Positions 57,516 through 64,000 of a DNA stretch of 64,000 nt are shown one piece after another. Within the stretch, counting starts at the first letter, position 1. Each line of letters opens with the position of its first letter. Below the pieces are notes generated by a model that was given only the letters and a program-made list of their open reading frames with translations, made no database searches and had not been told where the DNA came from. Both the position numbers and the translations under genes were made by a program. Source of the DNA: the human T2T-CHM13v2.0 reference genome, Homo sapiens; assembly GCF_009914755.1 (NCBI RefSeq), contig NC_060928.1. The stretch is one strand, 5' to 3'.

Positions 57516-57970
57516 TTGTATTTGTCTGCTATGACCAGCATAACATGGCCACATAGATTGGTGTAAACAACCAAAATTTATTGTCTCATAGTTCTGGAGG
57601 CTAGAATTCCAAGATCAAGGAATTAGCAGGGTTGGTTTCTTCTGAGCACTATTGGAGACAATCTATTGCATTATTTTCTCCTAATTTCTGGTTGTTTGCT
57701 GGCAAACTTTGCTGTTCCCTGCTTGCAGATGCAAATTTCTCCTTCATCTTTACATGATGGTCTCTCTGTGCTTGTGTCTGTGTCCAAATTTCCCTTTTTT
57801 ATAAGAACACTAGTTATAATGTGTAAGGGGCCTACTCTACTTCTGTATAATGACATCTTAACTAATTACATCTACAATGACACTATTTCCCAGTAAGGTC
57901 ACATTTTGAGGTACTGGATGTTAAGACTTCAATATATACATTTCTGCTGGGACACAATTCAACCAATAAA
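57516..57970. mobile_element. MLT1 solo LTR
   Basis: AAATTTATTGTCTCATAGTTCTGGAGGCTAG...GGTCACATTTTGAGGTACTGG...GGGACACAATTCAACC. Confidence 0.8.
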
Positions 57971-60900
57971 AATGGACTTGAATAAAATTTTTATTTCTCA
58001 GAATGCAGAATAAGTTATAATTGGAAATACTACTCTGAACTTGATTGAGACCATCAACTAACGGTGTTTGCATATGTGTAGATATTGGAAGCAAATGGTT
58101 GCAACTAAAGAAGGGAACAACACATCACATGTGTAGTTGAATATTCAAGAAGGCAGATTTTAATAGGTAATATTAAAGATATTTATGGAATCTTCTGTCC
58201 TGGGACTTTAAAAGGAAAAGTGGCTTAGCAACGATTGATAACGCAAAAAAAAATTAAAAAATTATAATGGATCCCTACATTGAGGGTTAAAAGCTGGCAT
58301 TGAGGAAGAGAGAAATATACTGGCATTGCTCTTTCTAGAAAGAGCTTTCTGAAGAACTCAAGTTTACAGCATACAGCACCAACTAACATTTAGATTCTGT
58401 TGATTTAAAGTAAAATTTGTCATGTACAAAACATGGAAATTGGATGATATGACCAAGAACTAGTATTAAAAGTTCTATAAACTTGTATAAATTATGTGAA
58501 GAAATCTATAACTGAATAAAATGTGGCTTCAACAAAAAATGTCAAAGGTACCCAAAGGCTTTTTTAAGGCATGTGAAGAGCAAGGAAGACAAAAGTATGA
58601 ATAATTCTACCACTTGGGACAGATGGTATAATGTTAACAGAAAACAGGGGAAAACAGAAGTCCTTCACTCATGTGGGATTTTTAGCTATTTTGTTATAGA
58701 AAACAACCCTTCAGCTACAGAGGGTAGAACACATATTGACAAGTGGGAATTGAACGTCAAGTGAAGTGATACAATTGATAGAGTAGACGTGGTGTTCCTC
58801 AGGATCCAGACACACTGTATTATAGGTTTCAAGGGAAACTGGGGAAGAGATGTCTACATGTCTGCTTCTAATACGTTTTCAAGACTTGTAGGAAATGAAA
58901 GAAATGATAAAAAAAATTGGGGGCAGAAAATAACATCCTGGTTTCTAACAAATAGAGGACAAAGAGTGGACTATCTGTATTGCAGATTAGTGAGTTTGAA
59001 TTAATTCCATAGCAAGATCTATATGACAGGAATTTGACAAACTTTGGTTGTCCCATGTCTTATGGTTTTCCATGCTCTGGGGTTCTTAGAGAAATCATAA
59101 GGGACTGGGGTGAGGGTGAGGAAGGACTATCAGGAGAGGCAGAGTACCTGCACTAAGATCCCAATCAAAACATCAACATTTTCCTTTTTTCAGATAAGAC
59201 TTTAGCTGGGGAGAAGGGTTCTATGATTTTTTTCAATTATGAAAAAACCCACCATATAATAGATTACTAAACCCTTGTTTTGTGAACACTTGGAGAGGAT
59301 TTCAGTAAGCACCTCTACCTATAGTGATTTGAAGGAGGATCGATAATGAGAATTTTTCTTTCCCTTTTTTTATTTTCCTTCTCATTTTTTTCTTCCTCTA
59401 CCTTCCCTCCTCCATTCCTAATCCATCTTTTGCTTTTGTCTTTCTTCTTTACCTTTCCCATTCCTTTTCTTTTTCTAGCTTATTACGATTTTAAGGAAAT
59501 TTTCTAAACATGTAGAATATTATTTCTTGTAAGACATTGACTGTAACTTTTGATAACCTTGTAGATGAGACAAAAGAATGGAAGATGAATGGCATTATAA
59601 TTAGGTAAAATTGTAAGTAGTTGATTAATTGGATGCAAACTTTGAAAATTTAATAATGTAACATGGAAAGATATCTCAAGTAAAGTCCCAGAGCTCTATT
59701 CCCTTTATAGTAATACCCAACATTTTAAATTAATAACTATTTCAATTAATAAAGCATGCTGATCGAATTCATATACTTTACATGAAGCTGTGAATAATAA
59801 CAAATTTATTTTTAACTTACTTCTTTTAAAGCTTCTCAGCAGGCTGGAATGGGACTATAACTGATATATCATGACCACACCAACTGAGGGTGTGGAGTAG
59901 GTCACCCATTGGGGATGGAAAAGGGAGGCTTCGGCCATGCCTGTGGAGAAGAAACCAAGTCAGTAATCTGCAAGAAGGCCCATCTGGTCACATGAAGGTC
60001 AATCTCATGGTCCCACAATAAAAGCCAACTTCAGAAGCCATTTATGCCAAGAGAGACTGTAAGGTACCTGCACCAGCTGGAGGAGCAGATGAAAGCGAAG
60101 AAGTGCTGCGCTACCACAATTATGCGAATGTGCACCCAACCATGAGCAATACTTTCATTCTGTTCTTGAGGCTCCCAGCTTCTGACACAAATGAGCTAGG
60201 GAAATTTAAAAATGGGAACAGATGAAGTAAGAGGGAAAGATTTTTGAGAATTGAAATAAGATCTGAAAGGAAGTTGTAAGCATTGATTGAAATATTAATA
60301 CATTAATTGCATTAGACCATCAGCTCAATGTATGTTTTGATCCATAAATGGCCATGACTATAAGTGGCAAGATTAAGTAGTCACTGTCAATAGGATTAAA
60401 ATCCCATAGGGAAGTTTAATTTTGCTAAATAAAAAAGAAACCCCTCTCTTTCTTTGTCTTTAACTTACCTGATTTGATACTGTTCCATTTTATCTATCTC
60501 TATTTAATAAGCAAAGCACATTGAACTGTACCTGGAACTTTGTAAGTGCTCCATAAATTATAGTTTTTATAAATAGAAGTCCTATTTTATAATATGGTGC
60601 CTAGATCACACGTGGAAAATTATAGTCAGTTTAAGATGAAAATTGATAAACTAGGGTATATCACCCCAAAAAACTGTCCAAGATAATGAGTATCATTCTT
60701 GCCCTAAGAATAGAGACAGTAACACTACCCAAATGGCTCAACAATACAACTACTGTGTATAAAGTAAATGTGGGGGAAAGGAGCAATGCTGTGGCTGCTG
60801 GGAGAGAAGGACAATCCATGGTTTATAGTAAATGAGGAATGAACAAAGCCAGACATCTAAGCATTCAACTTTGTTATGGGAAAGCCAGAAGGAGTGGATT

Positions 60901-61504
60901 TCCCACTGTAGCTTAAGAAAGGTGATTATTTTAGAATATTGCATAAATGTATAAAGGAAAAGAAATGTAGTAGAATCAACTCCATGCAAAATTAGGGGCT
61001 AGTTATGACAATGGGTTTTAGAGTGGCATGATATACAGTGTGGCACTATGCAGGTATGGGTTGAAAATTAATAATTATCTTAATACATATCAGGTTGTTT
61101 ATTAACTTTCTATTATTATGTTATGAGTTGGGTTAGAAAATACAAAGGAACAAAGACAAAATGAGTCCTCTGATAACCTGCAGTTTAGTAAAAACATAAA
61201 ATACAGAAATAAATTGCATTATTATAAAAGAAACATGTGCTGTGTTCAATATAGGCACAGACGAGAAGGGAGTATCAGGAAAGATTCTCAAGAAAAGGAG
61301 ATAATTGAATTTATGTTAAAAAGATAAATATGTTTCCTCCAAGTTGACTAGGAAAGGTCTTTCAGATAAGAGGCTATCATAACATTAAGCACAAGAAAGT
61401 TAAATTATTATGAAACAGTGTGGAAAATTCAAAGTGCCAGGAATTCAGTACTATTGGACTATAAGAGGTTACCAGGCAAATTATCTGACTTCAGATTTTA
61501 CTTC

Positions 61505-62860
61505 AGATCATGGTGCTGGCATAAAACAGCATGGTACTGGCATAAAAAAGACACACAGCCTGATGGAATGGAACACAGAACCCAAAAGTAAATCCATATA
61601 TCCACAGCGAACCCATTTTTGACAAACGTGCCAGGATCATACACTGGAGAAGGAACAGTCTCTTCAATAAATGGTGCTGGGAAAACTATATTTCCATGTG
61701 CAGAATAATGAAATTAGGACCCTATCTTTCACCACATACAAAAATCAAATAAATATGGATTGAAGACTTCAATCTAAGACCTCAAACTATAAAACTACTA
61801 AAAGAAAACATTGGGGAAACTCTACAGGACATAGGTCTGGGCAAAGATTTCTTGAGCAATACTTCAAAAGCACAGGCAACCAAAGTAATAATGGACAAAT
61901 GGAAATACATCAAGGGTGTGGTAGCTCATGCCTATAATCCCAGCATTTTAGGAGGCTGAGGCAGGAGAATCACTTAAGGCTAGGAGCCTGAGACCAGCCT
62001 GGTCAACAGAGCGAGATCTTGTTTCTACAACAACAATAAAAAAAGCTAATGTGGTGCTGTATGCCTGTAGTCCCAGCTACTTGGGAGGCTGAAGTAGGAA
62101 TACTGCTTCAGACCAGGAGTGAGCTATGATTGTACCACTGCACTCCAGCCTGGGTGACGGAGCAAGACCTCCGTCTCAAATAAATGATAGATAGATAAAT
62201 AAATAAATGATAGATAAATAAATAAATACATAAATAAATGGCTTCTGCACAGCAAAGGAGGAAACCAAAAAAGTGAAGAGACAATTCACAGAACTGAAGA
62301 AAGTGTTTGCAAATTATGCATCTCACAAGGGATTGATAACTAGAATATATGAGGAGGTCAAACAACTTGGTAGGAAATAAATCTGATAATCTGATTTAAA
62401 ATGAGCAAAAGATGTCAATAGACATTTGTCAAATGAAGACATACAAATGGCCAACAGGTATATGAAAAATTATCAATATCACTAATCATCAGATAATTCA
62501 AATCAAAACTACAGTGAGATATGATCTTACCCCAGTTAGAATGGCTTTTATTCAAAAGAAAGGCAACAACAAATGCTGGTGAGGATGTGAAGAAAGGGGA
62601 ACCCTCATATACTGTTGTTAGGGATATAAATTAGTATAGCTACTATGGAGAATGTATGGAGGTTTCTCAAAAAAAAAAATCTAAGAATAGAACTATTACA
62701 TGATCCAGCAATCCCACTGCTAAATATATACCCAAAAGAAAGGAAATCAGTATATTGAAGAGATATCTGCATTCCTATGTTTATTACAGCACTATTCACA
62801 GTAGTCAAGTTTTAGAACCAACCTAAGTACTCATCAACAGATGAATGAATAAAGAAAATG
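61505..62860 (+). mobile_element. L1M(A) ORF2 3' region with AluJ inserted at ~61915-62235
   Basis: AAAACAGCATGGTACTGGCATAAAAA...CTCTTCAATAAATGGTGCTGGGAAAAC...CCAGCAATCCCACTGC; the Alu carries a (TAAA/TAGA)n tail. Confidence 0.9.
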
Positions 62861-62864
62861 TGTT

Positions 62865-64000
62865 TTTTCCCTAAGATATCAGAGTAGAGGCTTTTAATGT
62901 GCCTTGGCCACCGAGAAATAGCAAGATAGTGCATAAAGATCAACTCTATGATCTTTAATTAGAGAAGGAAAACAGGCTCCACCAGAATCATAAAGGACAC
63001 CCCAGATACTGGGGAGGAGCCATCTATGACAGACCCAGAGCCGATATCATACTGAGCAGGCAAAAACTGAAAGGATTTTCCTTGGGAACTGGGGCAAGAC
63101 AAGAATACCACTCACACCACTCCTATTGAACACAGTACTCAAAGTGTTAGCTAGAGCAATCAGGAAAGAGAAAGAAACAAAAGGCCTCCAAATAGGGAAG
63201 AAGTTAAACTATCATTTTGGATAATATGATTCTGTACCTACAAGACCCTGAAAACTCTGACAAAACACTCCTGGAACTGATAAGTGACTTCAGTAAAGTT
63301 TTGGGATACAAAGTCAATGTACAAAAATCATTAGCATTTCTACACATCAATACATTCAAGTTAAGGACCAAATCAAGAAAGCAGTCCAACTTACAATAGA
63401 CACACACACACACCCCCCTAGGAATACATTTAACTGAGGAGGTGAAATATCTCTACAAAGAGAACTACAAAACACTGCTGAAAGAAATTATAGATGACAC
63501 AAACAAATGGAAAAACATTCTGTATTAGTCTGTTCTCATGCTGCTAATAAAGACATACAGAAGACTGGATAATTTATAAAGGATAGAGATTTAATAGACT
63601 CACAGTTCCACATGGCTGGGAAGGCCACACAATCATGGTGGAAGGCAACACAGGAGCAAAGTCACATCTTACATGACAGCAGGCAAGACAACATGTGCAG
63701 GGGAACTCCTCTTTATAAAACTATCAGATCTCATGAGACTTATTCATTATCATGAGAACAGAATGGGAAAGGCTTCCCCACCCCCATGATTCAATCATCT
63801 CCCACCGGGTCCCTCTGATAACACATGGGAATTATAGGAGCTACAATTCAAGATTAGATTTGGGTGGGGACACAGCCAAACCATATCACATTCCATGCTT
63901 ATGGATTGGAAGAATTAATACTGTTAAAATGTCCATACTGTCAAAAGCGATCTACAGATTTAATGCTATTCCCATCAAACTTCCAATGCTATTTTTTACA
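62865..64000 (+). mobile_element. L1PB-like element: short 5'-end-like segment fused to the ORF2 RT region
   Basis: ORF 63217-63399 [10 protein letters not shown]...LLELISDFSKVLGYKVNVQKS is L1 reverse transcriptase. Confidence 0.85.
63521..63888. mobile_element. THE1 (MaLR) solo LTR inserted in L1
   Basis: TGTATTAGTCTGTTCTCATGCTGCTAATAAAGACATA...CAGCCAAACCATATCA, 5-bp TSD CATTC. Confidence 0.93.

Overview
AT-rich primate (human-like) genomic DNA dominated by interspersed repeats (Alu, L1, L2, MIR, CR1/L3, MaLR/THE1/MST, MER52, MER58). No intact protein-coding gene is evident, and nearly all listed ORFs are repeat-derived or random. Three non-repeat signals stand out. (1) A multi-exon, minus-strand, disabled gene spans about 683-53640. 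Its seven phase-compatible exons reconstruct a coiled-coil protein ending in an EF-hand pair that aligns without gaps to the C-terminus of EFCAB14/KIAA0494 (about 25/58 identities against the sequence as I recall it). It is a candidate unitary pseudogene of an ancient EFCAB14 paralog, disabled by stops, a frameshift and a dead splice acceptor. (2) A full-length processed CIR1 pseudogene (30452-31972, minus) sits inside an MLT1 LTR in one of its introns. (3) A ~380-bp-arm inverted duplication of non-repeat DNA (12570-14083) lies next to a CTCF-like motif. Protein comparisons and repeat family calls were made by eye from memory and need database confirmation.
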